NCBI GenBank assembly: GCA_040954595.2
Contig: CM082579.2
Location: forward strand, 1,997,908 to 2,061,907
Length of the DNA stretch: 64,000 bases
Source of the DNA: Balanoglossus misakiensis
Lineage: Eukaryota > Animalia > Hemichordata
Reading direction: 5' to 3'
This document shows positions 1 to 15,300 of this stretch, one piece after another (the stretch's first letter is position 1; each line of letters begins with the position of its first letter). Both the position numbers and the translations under genes were made by a program. Below the pieces are notes generated by a model that was not told the DNA's origin, searched no databases, and saw only the letters and a program-made list of their open reading frames with translations.

Positions 1-619
1 CTAACACTTCACACCCTACCACAATCTGACACCCCATGAATTTTAATTTAGCACCTCCACAGCAAATTCTAACCCCAAAGATGAATCTTTGATGCAATTT
101 CTTCATATCTCCTCTGAAGCAGAAAAAATTGAATATTAATAACCCTTTTCAGTGACATTCACATTTTTTGTCTGATGAATGACAATTTTTTTCATCAACT
201 GTCATTTATGCCTGGCCAGAGCTGACCTTTAACCCCAGAGTTCTCTCAGTCTGTTACCATAGAGAAGAAGTAACACAAACAGTTAGCTTTAAAAACAACG
301 CTTGTTCTCTGATCATTCACAGTGATCAGCCTTGTCCAATCCCCAAGTCACGACTCTCGAAACGACCCATCTCAGAACCACCACATATAGTTTCAAGTCT
401 TTCTATGTCACAGTAACATGTCAAATTTCATCTTCCATCTGTGATTTCTAAGTAATTTGATATACCTGAAGATACATAATGGATGCTCTTCAAAGCTCTC
501 AGTGTATAGCCGCTGGATAGGATTATGAAATGACATCCGTATTCATGTTTGTACATGTAGATATTAGAAATCATTTTCTCCCATCATACTGGTTTATAGA
601 TATGTGCCTCTTGCTGACT

Positions 620-1230
620 TCAAAACTCTCTACGATTGTGAGGATTTATGTAAATAAAAATAATGTGCCCTGTGTTGCCTACTATAAGACTGCATCTCTT
701 TCTGTGTGCGTGGGAAGGAGTACTTTGATGGCGCATTTATTTTTGCATGGATGGGATCAGGATCATTTCCATGAAGTAAATCGCTACTGATGTACTCTCA
801 ATAATGCAGACAGGGTGCCAGGAATGATATTTAGGAGGGATGTTGATGGAAAATAAGCATCTGATTCCATTAATGTGAATCTCTGGTTGCAGCAGTACAT
901 GAAAGTGATCAAACACACCCTTTCCAGCTCCAGGGTACCCACACTGAGTTGAACGCACAGATAAGAAGTCTGCATGTACGTATTAAGTGTTTCTACAAAA
1001 GCCAAAAAAATCAATTCCCTCCAGCAGGAACTAACAAAGTTGAACAATGCATTTATTCAGTGGATTCTGGGTGTTCCAAACACACACAAAAATCATGCGA
1101 ATCATGCGAGCGTCATGACCGAACTTTTGAATCCGCAGCCTGTGGCTTTGTTTCTGATTTGACGAAACTGACAAGCGTGCCAGATCTTCTCAGGAAGTCA
1201 GCTGTTCATTCCAGCCACGGGAAAGATTAT
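620..1230 (+). mobile_element. Ancient non-LTR retrotransposon fossil, RTEX-like ORF2 C-terminal part
   Basis: ELTKLNNAFIQWILGVPNT..NHASVMTEL resembles the FxKxILGVxxxxxNxAVxxEL motif; frameshifted. Confidence 0.45.
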
Positions 1231-1619
1231 CATTACGGTGCTAAGTCAGGCAAACTTTGCGCCGAAATTTTAATCCTGCAAAAAAAATCTAATTTGTGAT
1301 GTCACCATTTTCTGAGTAAAGGACCTGTCAGTCAGTCTTTTGGATGTGACCAGTGGGCAGAGAAAATGAGCGATGTAAAATTCATTAGGTAATTAGACCA
1401 TAGTGGAATGAGTGCAGTGTTTCTGATGCATGCACTAAAATTTCGCAGCTGTTGGTCTGTAATTTCTGAACTGAAAATGTTAACACCACAACACTGTCCT
1501 ATTTATTGCCTGACATCTCTGCTTTGGCACCCACCATTACTAATTTTCATTAACTTAATTAGCCTGAAATCCATCACTTCCACTAACATGGATAATTTCT
1601 TCCTTTCTCCGTTTTTCTC

Positions 1620-2330
1620 TCTTACCTTGTCGAAATACCCGGGGGGAATCGACTAATTCACCTACAGCGAATTTCTTGATGATTTTTTTTTTACTTTTTG
1701 GGGAGAATAACGATGGGGAATTTTTGTTATTAGGACAGTTTTCCGTGATCCGGCTTACGGATGACCTGACAGGCAATGCATGCCTGGCGTACAACAGAGA
1801 AACATCGAGAACGATGGCTCACACAGACTCTGCACAGATCAACACACAGAGAACGCCCGCTCATATGATGATCAGTTCATGATTTCAAACCATCACTCGA
1901 CAGCCTTCCTTTTAACATGGCTTTATATTCATCTTTCGCATTAGAAATTTTTCGCATTCTCACTGCATACAAACACAAGAGACCAAGTACCGTTTGCTCC
2001 CATCTTGACACTGTAGAGATGGACCCATAACACAGAGGTATATATAAGAAAGAAAGTGTTCGATTATAAAATTCTGAAAGCAAAACTACTGCCAGGGATA
2101 TGATCTGATCGGCTGTGTCAGCTTTGAATCTCCCCTGATGGACAACCAAGCTGACCACATCAATCTTGCTACCAACGCTACTAAATCTCCCTGGCAAGGT
2201 GAAAGCACGTCAAATAACGAGTCACTGACTAGTCATGTCATTCATTTCAACAATGCCTGCAGCAAACTAGACCTCTTTCAATACAGTTTTATGTCAGCCT
2301 CAAACGAGGCTTTTTTCCTTCTGTGCCTAG
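1620..2330 (+). mobile_element. Ancient CR1-group LINE fossil, RT thumb and C-terminus
   Basis: Ordered remnants KYPGGID (KYLGVxI), AYKHKRP...MDP (AYxxLVRP..WDP), IYKKESV (IxKLExVQ), SKLDLFQYSF (RxDxFKYSF). Confidence 0.5.
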
Positions 2331-2699
2331 CTTGTCCAAACGGCATCTCGGGGGAATCCTGGATCCTTGCCATGAAATGCAATGTTAATGGAGCACTTGG
2401 GTCACCGCATTCCAAACAAGTAACCATTTCGGAGCCGTTTCAAAATCAGACACTTCAAGATCGATATGTACATTTACCTGGTTTCAACGGAAGCTGTCCA
2501 TGTCATTTTGTATATCCAGCCAAATTTGCTTCAAAAATGACAGGTGAAAGAACTTTGAAAAGCACTACACTTGAAAATACAGTTAACACACAAAAGAAAA
2601 CACCTTGGTAAATCACCCAATTTCAGTCTTTCACACACCTGCATAAAAACCACCATCATCTAACACCATCACCGTCACAACAACCATCCCCAGCACTGC

Positions 2700-3380
2700 A
2701 GCAGCCAGACAGCACTTGATTTTGAAATTAAAAGTGAATTAGAGCCCAGACAATGGCCAATGAAATCAACTTCCAACAGAGAAGCCATAAAAAAAGCCAA
2801 CCTGGTTTGATACAGGGTTATTTCAATACAAGGGACCCTTGTTGGAGCTGTCCCATGAATCATCATTTCAACTCAGTGCCACTTCCTCTACACTATATTA
2901 CATGAATGCACTCCTCCTTCTAGTGTTTCTGTCTTTCCCTCTGGCAAGCCAGGAGAAATACTCAAATATACATAATTTTTTGTTTATCTTGACAAGCAGA
3001 TTATTCAAGTCTTGCTGTATATTTCCACTTACTCTTAACAACATTAATGTAGTGTTTTTTACGAAGTATTAGGCGGTATTTAACCTCTGTCAGGATATAG
3101 TTTTGATACAATGTTGTACGGCTTTGCAGCCAAAAATGAAGACAATGTTTTCGTGATAATTGCACAATCGCTTGGCTGGGAGGATTGCAATGATTGATGG
3201 CATTCTGTTAATAGTAAGATGAAATGCAGAGCTTAGAATACTCTGCTTCAAGCAATATTTCATATTCAAACCGTCTTTTGACTTTTGGAGAGTGAACAGG
3301 TAGAGAAAGTACAATGACTTCGACATTAAAATGTCCATTTGATTTTCGTGCTTGAATGAAATCTGTCTTAACTCTGACAT
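2700..3380 (-). mobile_element. Possible LINE APE-endonuclease fossil
   Basis: TAPTRVPCIEITL (PTRVxxxxxTLID) and LEVDFIGH (DISDH-like). Confidence 0.35.
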
Positions 3381-3853
3381 CATTTTACATGCACAGTACT
3401 TTGTTTATATATCAATTAAAAATGTCTACTGTGGTATGATTTTCACACAAAATTTATTCACCCATGGGCTAAATATGCCAGAAAACACTTCTATCTTGCA
3501 TCATCCTCCCTCAACCCCTGATTTCCCGATATTCACTACACACTGAATTTTTAAAAATACATGCCTTCAACTTTCATTAGACAGACATAATTTATTGGCT
3601 GCCAAAGTCTTGATCCAGAATTGCAAATGAGGCATTAACAAATGCTTGCTAATCAGAATAAACTGTGGCCTGTGCAAGTCTTTATATCCATGTAGATTTC
3701 TGTGTTCAAATTAGCTCGCCATGTGCATTGAACTGTGCCTATGTTTTGCGCACATGTTTAAACGCCATACATTAAATTACTTCATTTTTTGTCATTATGG
3801 ACTTCAGAATAATTATTGGAATTCATGAATGAGAGCTTTCAGAGGAGACTCAA

Positions 3854-3861
3854 CGTCGTCG

Positions 3862-3916
<55 letters not shown>

Positions 3917-3921
3917 TACCA
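3854..3921. repeat. (GTC)3-(ATC)n trinucleotide microsatellite
   Basis: Direct read: cgtcgtcgtcatcatcatc...catcattaccatc. Confidence 0.95.
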
Positions 3922-4459
3922 TCTTAATCAGTACATCACCATACTGGATGCAAATATGGGATGGTGATACAGATTTGCATAACCAGGTTGTCTATCCTTA
4001 TTTTACTCGGCATACCATGCCTTCTGCCTCCAAACCCTCCTCCACCCAAACCTCAAATCCCAACTCCACGTGTAGCTCATGGAAAAGTTTCAGCCCCACT
4101 TTTACCATTTGACACTTAGCTGATAGAGCTGTGATGAAAGGGCCCTAACAGAGACAGCACAGGTGCCGATGAAAATATATGGCAATGCAATAATGCGACA
4201 ATACGCTGTAATGGGGACCCTTGAGTAAAGACAACCAGGTCCCAGAAGGAGGTGAAAACACTGTTGACACATTGCAACCATAATGACAGTTTTCAAGTAC
4301 TCAAACTGTTGACACAGGGGATTTTCATTGTTGAAAGGGGCTAATATGAAATGACAAATTTCAGTTTATACACTCAATGGGAAAAAAGCTGTGGAACTTT
4401 CTTTGTAACAGAGCCACTAATTCATGATAATGTGACTGCCAGCCTTGGTTGTCTGCGCA

Positions 4460-4512
4460 TATGTGTGCATGTGTCTCTGTGTATATGTGAGTGTGTGTCT
4501 GTGTGTGTGTGC
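4460..4512. repeat. Degenerate (TG)n microsatellite
   Basis: atgtgtgcatgtgtctctgtgtatatgtgagtgtgtgtctgtgtgtgtgtg. Confidence 0.75.
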
Positions 4513-5779
4513 ATATTAAAAAACTTATGCATGATGGCACCTCACAATGTTGATTTTGTGGTAAGCTTTGCTTTTTTGTGAAATGTGTCTGCTAAAATCA
4601 TACTTTGACAATTCCCCATCTGATGATCACATCCCCTATTTTTAAAACACCTTACACCAATGTTACAGCAAGGCAAGTCAGGGCCTGACCACTCCTGTCT
4701 GTCTCTCTACCTGTTCACATAACAAAAAGAGACAATACCCTTTCACAAAAAAACGAAATCTAAATGTCTAATTTTAGTGCCACAGTCGAGTTTAACGTAA
4801 CATATGCAGCAACACTGGCTAATGTCCTTTAGTTGAAATATGCAGTCAACACTACAAACAACCACTTTACAGTCCAAAATGTAGTCACTTGATGGACATA
4901 TATTGTCTGCTTCTATCATCGCTTAATAGCTACCTACTTCCCTTTCTTTGCATTCAGAGTCTGCAATAAATTTTCCTTTTGAAGTGTTGTTGCTGTGTGA
5001 CAGATTCCAGACCGCGCGAACTTGCGTCTCCACACTTAAAACAACTCAATAGATTCTCTGATCGTAAGCAGACAGCCAGCCAGAAGGTACGCCAACAGCG
5101 CAGAGAGCGGCGCGGTCTACCTCTATCTCGCCGTACTCTGAACTTGCAGAAATCTGCGGGCGGGTTTCAATTTTTAACAGAGGAAAGGAACAGGTTTCTG
5201 ACAAAGAATCGGACCCGATCCATCCATTTTCAGGATTTCTGATTTAAAAGTTTGACACAATCTAGATGCTGTCAGTCACCAAGGTAATGGTGGTGTACTT
5301 GTCCCCCACCAAGATGAAAACCTTTCTTTCACTTGTGATTTCAAAGACCAAAAGCACTTGTCATTGACATCATTACATACTGCACCATCAAGTATCCCAA
5401 GTTACATACACATATGCAGAAACTATAAAAGGGGGTTACATTATTTTGTAGCATATACTTGCATTTCTCTTGTAGGACATAACTTCCTATTTTGTCATCA
5501 TAGTTCTAAACTGATGTGTGGAAAAGTTGTCAGAACTACAATGTATTTTACAGGGGAGGGGGATTTTACTTTTAAAAATCAGTTTTTGCTTTTTTTCACT
5601 GAAAAATGAACTCCTTTTGTGTGAATATCATTCTTCAATGACAAGATTAACCGTAGATTACACTATTTTATATGAAAACCCAAGAGCAAATTTTGTATAT
5701 AATTTGTCAAGGCCAACCAGATACTAGTAAGTAATAACTTTGCCTGACTTTGATTAGCTGAACACCACGGTAGGAAGAA

Positions 5780-6050
5780 GTCTCACCGTGACATTCGACT
5801 GTAAATCTTTGCAACTCTACCGTTGCCACGGAAATTGACCAGTTGAAAGGGGCCACCCTCGGTGTACAATTTTTCAAGTCCTCTTCTCAGCAAAGTGAGA
5901 TGAATGTCTCTCCTTTGTGTCCAAGCTGAGGAAAATTGAAAGGGAAGTTGATGAAGCTTTATAGCAGGAGTTGCCTGGGTCTCAGCCCCGTACATCATTA
6001 AAGCAGCATTTTGCAGCGTTTAGACTTTAATGATAGATCTCAGGCAGTTT
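5780..6050 (-). mobile_element. Possible RTE-type LINE fossil fragment
   Basis: MMYGAETQA resembles RTE LLYGxETW; single motif only. Confidence 0.3.
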
Positions 6051-7899
6051 CCTGTCATTTAGAACTGGAAATGAGGTGACTTCCAGTTTAAAGACTGAAA
6101 ATGTACCAAACAATGGTCATTATTGGCAAAATTACATAAATGATATATATGCAGTAATAACTTTGCTGCAGTCCTCATTCATTCAGGGCGAGTCAGTGTT
6201 TTCCATACAATAATTGACCAATTTTTTTTCTTCTCCAAACAAGCATTAAGCAGGGAGGAGTGCTTGTTCTGCACATGATATGGGTGGAGGATAGTTGGAT
6301 TGCTAGGAGACTGGTGAAGCGGGACCGAGCTTGTGTTTGTAAACTGGGGGAAAATGGTGAATCGCTTAAGGAATGCTGTTAGTACCGGAGGGAATGAGAG
6401 AAAAGGGAAAGGGGAGAGAGAGAAAAGAGTGGGAGATGAAGAGGGAGGGGGAGAAAGGGGGAGAAAGAGTTCTACTCCCTAGTGTTTGGTAAGGTGAGAC
6501 ACATGTTCCCTGGTTGGTTTCCTACATGTAGGACAACGTCTCAGTAGGTATACATTCATTGTGAACTGTGAATGAATCACAGCACGTGAATGGTCATTTT
6601 GTCATGGAAATACAGCGAGTCAAATTCTGTAGCTGTTAATGTATCAGGGGACGACTACAGTATGACTGCTCAGTTATGGTTCCATGTGGGTTTTTATGGA
6701 GCGATTGTACCTTTTTGCCCCCACAGCATGGTTTGACCCATTGTTTTCAATGGCACGGTTCAATATATATAAAGGTAAAAAGGGGTGGCAGGTAGTTCAA
6801 AGATGACTTCTGATCTGAAATGGAGAGAAAATTGTGTGCTATGACAAGCAGTGGAAGCTGTTTTTGCACTGCGAGAGAGATGCGAAATCTGGTGCAGAAA
6901 AATGTTACACTCGGAACGCTGCACATGGCAGGAAAGTGAAGCGAAGTGATACAGGAACTTCAAGAATGAACTGGGAGATAAGTACAAGCATTGTAACAGC
7001 AGAGTGCCTTCGGAAATTGGCACAGTCATTGGAACATGGGTAGCTTCGAGTGTTCAGCAGATGAGTACATTCGTGTAGTGATTGTGCTAGGGATGGGTGA
7101 ACACAACATAATAATCAGAGAAGTCATTCAAGCTTCACCGGCCTACACAGATTAAACTGTAAAACTGTTAATACTTCAGCATGAAGAATACATGTATCCA
7201 CTTACAATGAGAAAGAGATTATTAAAACAATGGAAGCCGTCGTTTGACTTTGATTAACGAGAATACTGACCGAATCAAGCCAGGTCTGGAAAAACAAAAC
7301 AAAAACAAAACTCGCTTTCGGACAAAAACAAGCGACATTAGGTATGGATGATTACAGCCGGGCAAATACGCGAGCACGATTTTCAACCAATGGAGTGTAA
7401 CTAAATCACAGCATAACAATGCGCTGGTAATTGCTACGTGTAAAAACCTTTGTAGAAGTCAGCTTACTCTCTTGCTGCGGTGAGCCCCGCCATGCTGCTG
7501 ACAACTTCAAACATTTATAGCTGGGAGAAACACTTGAATTAAACAATAAATTACAACAGAAAAATCAAATTCCTCTTGTCTAGACAAAAGAAATACTTGC
7601 ACATTTGTCATTTTTTGAAGTTCAAAAAAAAATACCGACGGCACCCACTGTCCATGTTAGTTGATTGATGTGTCTTCCTCTGCTAATAACAGTGTTTTTG
7701 CCCTTATCTAAAGTAGCGAGTCCATTATTTTAATTGTATTATCTCTGAGAGAGGACGAGGTAGGAAAAGATGAACATCAGAAAGGCCAGAATGTGACAGC
7801 AGATAGAACGAGTACATCAATGCTGGGGAACAGTAATCGATAACTGCCTATAAACTGTATTAGAGCTCTGTTGATTTGATATATGTGAGTGCTATAATG

Positions 7900-8650
7900 G
7901 CAGTGTTTGGGGAATAATTTCAAAGCACACCCATTTGTAACTTCTCACTGATAATTTGCACCAGGAACAACTCAAAGACAAATAGCAGCTTTTAAAGCCG
8001 ATATGAAATGTCAGGCCTATGAATAATTGATCTCGTTGGTGCGGTGGTAGCTGGAATTCTCCGCCTGCAAATATAGATGCCACGGACGGCATTTCTCATC
8101 TCTGAATTCCATCAGGGGAGAATGGTGAGATTTCTAATGCAGCGTATCATTTCTTTTGTCGGATCTTTTATTTGTTTTCACCAATCTATCTTCCTCAAAC
8201 AAAAGCTATTCCTTTTCCAGGTTTTTCCTCAATCCATCCAGTTCAACCTTTTATTTTCCTTTCCTCAATCTAGCAGGCTCAGGCGGTCAAAGAGAAAAAG
8301 AAAATATGCAGAAATTGCAAATGTTTCCTGTCTGCTCAGAGACCCATCCGCAAAACATGTATTTCCATTCCCAAAGAACGCCTTCCTTGTCTTTGTGGAA
8401 ATCCATATTGCTTCACTTTGAGACGGCACCGATTCCATATCGAAGGGAAATGGTGAACAGGGATGCAAAGGATCCATGATGGATCTGAAGCAGAAGGCAC
8501 AAGGCCACCTGCTCTGACAATTTTTATCCTTAGAAAATAAGGAACGATGTTCCCTGATGTCTACACTCTCCCAGTCAGAGAGAGTTTCATTGGGTCTACT
8601 GTAACTGAGGTTACTGCTTTTCAATGTATTGGTAAGAGTGTGCGAGTAAA
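7900..8650 (-). mobile_element. LINE APE-endonuclease fossil
   Basis: Ordered remnants ETLSDW, LFSKDKN (LFRKDR), SEAIWISTK (ExIWxxI), IFAGGEFQLP (GGDFNLP). Confidence 0.5.
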
Positions 8651-11600
8651 ACACTTGACCACCTGTTATAGTATTAATATGCAAATTTATGCTGATGCAT
8701 AACTCTTTTATATCATAGAGATATGAACTGTATGTGAATGCCATGGATGTTGTGTTCAGTTGAGATATGAAGTTCACCAGCATCATACACATGCTTCATT
8801 CTCAACAAAATTCAAGTTTGGGGCTATGCAAAGTTTCAGATGTTAGATGCAGACACAGGAATGTTCAAGTCCCTGGAAACCAACAATGATGTGACCACAT
8901 CTGACAGTTTTCCACTCAGAATGACAAGACTATGCAAGAAAAAAAAATTAGCCAATTTGCGTTGCAATTTTGCTATATTTCACCAAAGTTATTGCCTTCA
9001 TTTCTTTTCATTTGAAACATGCATTTATTTCTTCCAAGCGGCACAAGGGTCTAACCGTGAAATACGCGCACGTTAACCGCTACTGATAGGTGCACTGCAA
9101 GAACCAGCGCTTTACTATCAACATGTCATTTTACCTTTAAGTGCTCCTTTGTCACTGGCAAAACTGCAGAGTCAATTTTATAGCTTAGCCATCTGAACTA
9201 ACACACCCCTGCAGGTAAAATAGAGTGGCTGCTTCCAGCTAGGTGTAAATTATAGAGATTTCTAGTGGAAATGTCATCCTGTGTAATTACTACAAAGGAC
9301 CCTGCTGTTCCCAGTAACCTCCGAGCACACACTAATAAAATCTTCAAGCAAACCTGCCTAACTAATGTTTAATTTGCCTGATGGAGTTTTTTTTTCAGAC
9401 TGAAATTTGAACAACCCAGACCAGGAGACGTCACTGACTTCTGCAGTGTGACTTTTATACAGTCAACCGCATTCATCATATACTCCAGAAGTGACAGCCT
9501 ATTCACGACACAGCCACCACACTGCAGGTGATTGTTTCATCTGAAGTGCCCTCAAACAGAAATAAAACTGTTCAACGATATAAAAAAACGCCAAATCTGG
9601 TCGTATATTATGTGATTTTAAATCTGTAACACAGCAGGGAAGAGGTCAAATCTGACGATCTATGAAGTGGTTCTTTTGTTTACATTTCATTTTTTCTTCA
9701 CAAGGAGATCTCAAAATCAGCAGACATTCATACTTTAAAAACGCTTACACACAGTGATTTATCTTCTGATAAAGTTTCAGTTAGTGACTGAATCTGCCAA
9801 ATCAAGGTGCGACAGGCCATGTTTGTCTTTCCTTTTCACATCTCATGTGAACAGCCGATCCCTATAATTTATTTTCTCTCTGTTTCTTTGTCAAGACACA
9901 CCTGATAGCAAGACTTTCCCCAAGAGAGGCGAAATTTAAAACCGCCAAGTACCACAGGGGTGAAGAAACGAAATAAGGAAATCTGCAAAACAATGGCTGA
10001 GCTTCCCTGCTTCATTTAGGCCCGTGTCATAGGTGGGCTGTATAATATACTGTTTTCATAGAGAAGCCATTGTATATCCACCCTCAGGGCGAGGAAACAT
10101 CGCGAAATCAATATTCAAGTCAGCGACTTCTTATTGCCGTGTCAATTTTGCCTCCAATTTTCAGCTGTATAACTGGAAAATTACTCTGCCTTGATAGCTG
10201 GTAATATGTACTGGAACTAATGACAACCCTTTGTATTTCACAGGTCACTTCATCACTTCATTGCTCAGCTGTATGTCTCATTCTTTTGCCGTGACTTCTC
10301 CGGCTTGACGACAATTTGTTACGGCTTCAGTAAATGTCATTTTTTTTTCGGAGTATCAATGTTACATAGTAATCGTCTTTGCTGAAGTACGGTGACCTCT
10401 TCTAGGAGGTTTTGATATCAGGTCGACAAACACCAGGGAGGTACAGTACTCTCATACCTGAACAATTGAAATATAACATTTATGGTACTGCTAATTCTTT
10501 GACAGTCATATTTATCTAAAAGATGTACATCAGTTTCTTAAAAAAAGCCAGACGATTGTAATTCTGTTGTGCAAATAATATAAACTTGTAAAATCTACAA
10601 ATACAATTTGCTGGCACTCCGTTGTACTACAGTTGTATTCACTAATACACATAATATGTGAATCATTATACTGAAAACATATTTACGAGTAATTCTGTTA
10701 CACTGATAACTGATATGTGAACAATATGTGAATCATTATCTTGAAAATTCACATCCTTTGACTGTCCTGCCAGCTTAACAATATTCATATTAATTTTAAT
10801 CAAGACTAGTACTCGTGACTGGAGTTGTCCCAGGCCGATTATGATTGCTGATTTGTAAAATGCTAGCGAGCGCAAGGAGATCGTATACAAAACAATCTGA
10901 TATATCTAGTTAGACCTATCAGTGTTTTACATGGCATTACTCTTAGAGATTTCAGTCAACCATGGTTCCCAACAAATTAATATTTGAATCCATGGATTGG
11001 GAAACAAGTGTAGCTGAATGGCACCGTAAAAGCCATGATGACAGACGATCACTGATTGATCTATTGGTGAGTAATGTTGCAGAATGTGACGTTTCGAACG
11101 AAAGACTAAAACTGAAACAGGTTAATTGCGCTAGTGTGTATCCATACACGAACTCTACTTGTAAGAATAGTGGATAATTAAACAAGTCTTAAGAACGGTA
11201 ATAATTTTTAGTAGCATCGTGGATTGCTATGCTTATGGGAAGACGGAAATTTACAACTTAATGTTTAGGTTTCATGTGCAGGCAACATAAATTGGCTAAT
11301 AAACATGCAATGTTCTCTTGTTAACAAACACTCGACAAAGCAAACCGCAGGCCAATGGTTTATTTAGGACGCACCGTTTTTACAACATCAACTACTGATG
11401 GCTGGCCATGAACATTTGACGGTCAAAAGCACCAGTCAAATGCTTTGTATGAACAATTCAAATTGGCAACAATGAAAGTTCAGAAATGAAACATTATGAT
11501 TTATTTTTAAGTGTGGAATGATTCACTTGTCTAAAAAATATAACTGAAAAGAAGAAATAAATGTTTGAACCAAATGAGCAGTTTCATGGTACGAAGACAG

Positions 11601-12399
11601 ATTCAGATGCATAGGGGCCATTCGATCGTAGTTGCAAAAAGTCGACGCAATGCGCGAAGAAAGTTGCGACTCATTTCAACAATTCCATACCATATGTGTC
11701 CCCATTCCAGAGAAACAAGCCTCAGAGGTTAGGGTGAGGCCATGGAAAATATAGACTACATCACGCTGAGCCCGGGCCGAGACTTTCGCCTCAGACTATA
11801 CTATCTTTTCATACTTTTCTTCTTCTTAGATTCGATTTGGCGCCAGTGTCGGAAGACCACAAAGGCAAAGCTGCAAATACCGTGGTGCATGACGTCCGCA
11901 CTTATCAATTATCAAATCGCTGGATCAGACAAAATTTCACCGATAAACCCAGGGATGGTATTATGCATTCGGAAGGGGGGGGGGGTTATATGCATCGGCT
12001 GTCCGTCCAATGAGGACTTTCTGCCCACACGTCAATATTGCCGGCCTTGTCAGACTGCCTTCCTCTGGTTGACTCCAACCACCATTGTTAATCACATATA
12101 CCAACAAAACTAACCGGGGTACACCGAGTTAATTAGCCAGAAAGCCAAACTGAAAGACTTGGGAGGGGTGGACAGATATACATACACCGGGAACAATGCC
12201 TGCTCCCTATAAAGACAACTGGCAACAACTTTGACACTGATTGGCTGAGGAAAAACACAGCTCTTTGATTTCTTCGGTCGCAATCATCGACTTTCTTGTG
12301 GCGGTGGGATCGAGTTCTGAATGCTAAGCATCTTAAAAGTACAGTCTCTTGTAGCATGGCTTGAATGTTCATTCCTGGTTTTGCTCAACGCATTTACTT

Positions 12400-15300
12400 T
12401 ATTTCCCCCCTCCTTTTATTAATGCTGGCTGCAACATTAGGGATAAGCTTAAAGCCCCCTGTGGGTACTGTCTGGATGGCGGAGATAGGAAACAAGCGAT
12501 TTTTAAAAAGCACTGTGCGACTCCGCAAGAAAGTAGAAATTCTTCTTCCTTCCAGCAGACGCATCTTCAAGACATCTAGCAGTGATGAGGGGGAGGAGCT
12601 ACATACCACCTGCTAATGAGTCAAGAGTGGGTTGGTCCAACATCTCTTCAAGACGAATAAAATAAAGCTAGTCTCAGGTTATGAAGGTCCCTCATTCAAC
12701 TATAGTCATATCCATGCTAAAGGAACAGAAAAGCCTTCCAACAAGGGCAGATTATCGGAATTACTTCCACTCTACTGAGCTAAAAGCCTGGGAAAAGAAA
12801 CTCTGCTTTGCCGAGTACTGCCGGACAGGGTAATTACAGGCTTACTTAGCCGTTGAAAAACTACACCAAGCTGGAAGCTCCCCTGGTCCTAATAGCATTA
12901 AGTCATTTAAGTAGTTTGTAGTGCCTTGAAAAGGGAAGACTAGGGGACATCCCTGTAATAAAACGGTCATTTTCTGGTTGGTTGATCTGATAATTGTTCA
13001 TGGTCTGCTTCCTCCAAAAAACTGTTCCTTCTGAACACCTATGAAGTGGACAAATGAAATGCAGTACCAACAAATGAGATGACAACCTGTAAGAGCTTCC
13101 CCCCTCCAGAAACATGGCTGCAAATGACTAAAAAAACCTTCCACCAAAACCACTCACAGGTATATCTGCACACAGATGTACAGACTTAGACACACACGAT
13201 CCCATTGCAATTCATAAATATTCCTCCCTACAAGACTCTTTCCGAAAGACTCAAACCACCTGAGGTGCATTGATGATCTCGAGACAGCTTCAGGACAATG
13301 ACTTTGATTCTTGCTCTCGGTGGTTGGAATTCAAATCGGCTGTATACCAAAGTCTAGCCATCGCAAAGACATACAGATCCTGTGACGCCAAACTTGACGG
13401 ACTCACTTTTCTGCCTGACTGGGTGCCTTTTCTCTCCCTCCAGATAGCACCAAAATCCAGTCTAGTGATGACGTTAATTAATGGCCTACATTGTTCCAAA
13501 TACACTTATAACCCCCAGACGTGCTAAAAATATTACCAATCAACTGCATACAGTCCCAACTGAAATCACCCAATAATTGTATCCTAATTTCAGCGGACTG
13601 ACTTGCTTTAAGGGCTTATTAAGACTTGTTGACAACATCTTGATGCTTTCAAACATGTGCACGAAAGGAAGAAAAAAACAGCACTTCACGCTCTGTGCCC
13701 CCTGAGAGCTTGTTGAAGAAGAACGAGAAATGTATAGTTGAATCAACTACAACTATCTTGAACGCTCTTCAGAATGAAAAGGTTTTTCTTCTTTGCCACA
13801 CTGGTCTGCATAGGTGTGAAGAGGGATCTGCAGAAGTAAACACCTACTTGAGAGTGTTTTTTGGAGAACTACTTCAGGGGATTAGGACGGAAAGTACCAG
13901 TACTTCAAAGTCCACTTCAGTTGTAACATACTCAGGGAGTGTTTTGCACAGGTGTTGTGGGGACTTAATTCGCAATAATGAGAGAAAAACACTCAAGAAG
14001 TCACTTATCTAGATAATGCTTGCCGCAATCATATCAGCCATCCTCGGGTTATTAAAAGAAAAACAACGCAAGGATTAGCCAAGACCCACTACACCTGTAC
14101 TTGGAAAGAAAAAAGTCCTAAAGACCAACCTGTTTGATTCTCTAAACCTGGTTATAAAGCTGACCATTTTGCAGAAAAAGTGCAACTTGACTACTTGCAG
14201 TTTCCGAGCCCTGTTTGCACGAAAGAAAAAAAAACTTTCACTGCTTTTCTCAGGAGACATTCAAAGATACAAGCAGTTTATAGTTGGGAATATAGTCACC
14301 CTGTCTGCTGGCCTTTATGTGGCCAGACAATACCAGCTTGGTGTGAACAAAGAAGAGCCCCCAACGTCGGAATCGCCAAGACCTATTAAATATCATTAAA
14401 GGACAATACAGATACAGGATCACTAAAAGTCGACAAATTGTCTACAGATTATGATGGGGGATTACTGGAGCCATGTTCTATAGAACGGGCTTCCGTATTG
14501 AGCAAGATACCGAGAAAAAAAATAAACCCGAGGAAATATTTCAAATAAAAAAGAGACGAAAGGACGGACGGGACGATTGCATGACAGCAAAGTCGCGTTT
14601 CTGGCCGCTGGTTCCTTGAGTCGTGACGTGCGAAGACGATCGCTGGGACACGGCAAACATAACGAAAATGCGGTGAAAAAAGTTAAGGTACTGTCTGGAC
14701 ATTTTCGTGACACTAAAGAGGTAACTCCATTTCAAAGCAAACATGGCAAAATAGCTCTTTATAAGTTGGAGTTTGGTTGATACCATCAATAGTACCGCGC
14801 CTTAATTTAGAGGGCTGAGCCAAGCCGCCGCTAGTTATGTCTGGGGGTAAGACGGCATGAGAGCGAGTAATCACCAAGATCTTGCTACTGATAACAAATT
14901 AATTAGTGATAATGAGCGACATGGCGTTTAACCTGTCAGACGTCGGGTGTACCGAAAAAAGGGGCTTAGGATATGATAAAAGCTAGATGTTCCACGGGAA
15001 AATTAGAAGAAAAAAGCGCGCAGAATGGTTCATATAGAGTCTATACATCGACACAACCGCTCTCAGTAGTTTTCACGGAATTTCAAAAGAGTTTTACAAT
15101 GCAGAACATCAAATGTGATGTCTGTGTGACTTTTGGGTCCGATACACAGTGATGTACTCATGGCAGTAGACACCGCGATGCAAACGGTTTGAAGGCGTGT
15201 TTTGCAGACGAGCACAGCGACTTTCCCCCAAAGTCCTTTCAAAACCATCAAGCGGGTAAAGCTATATACTCTCTAACAATGAAAAAAATCACACTTACAC

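Noticed and set aside
3816-4112. ORF with a poly-Ile stretch that looks like a transmembrane peptide
   Set aside because: Produced by the (ATC)n microsatellite.
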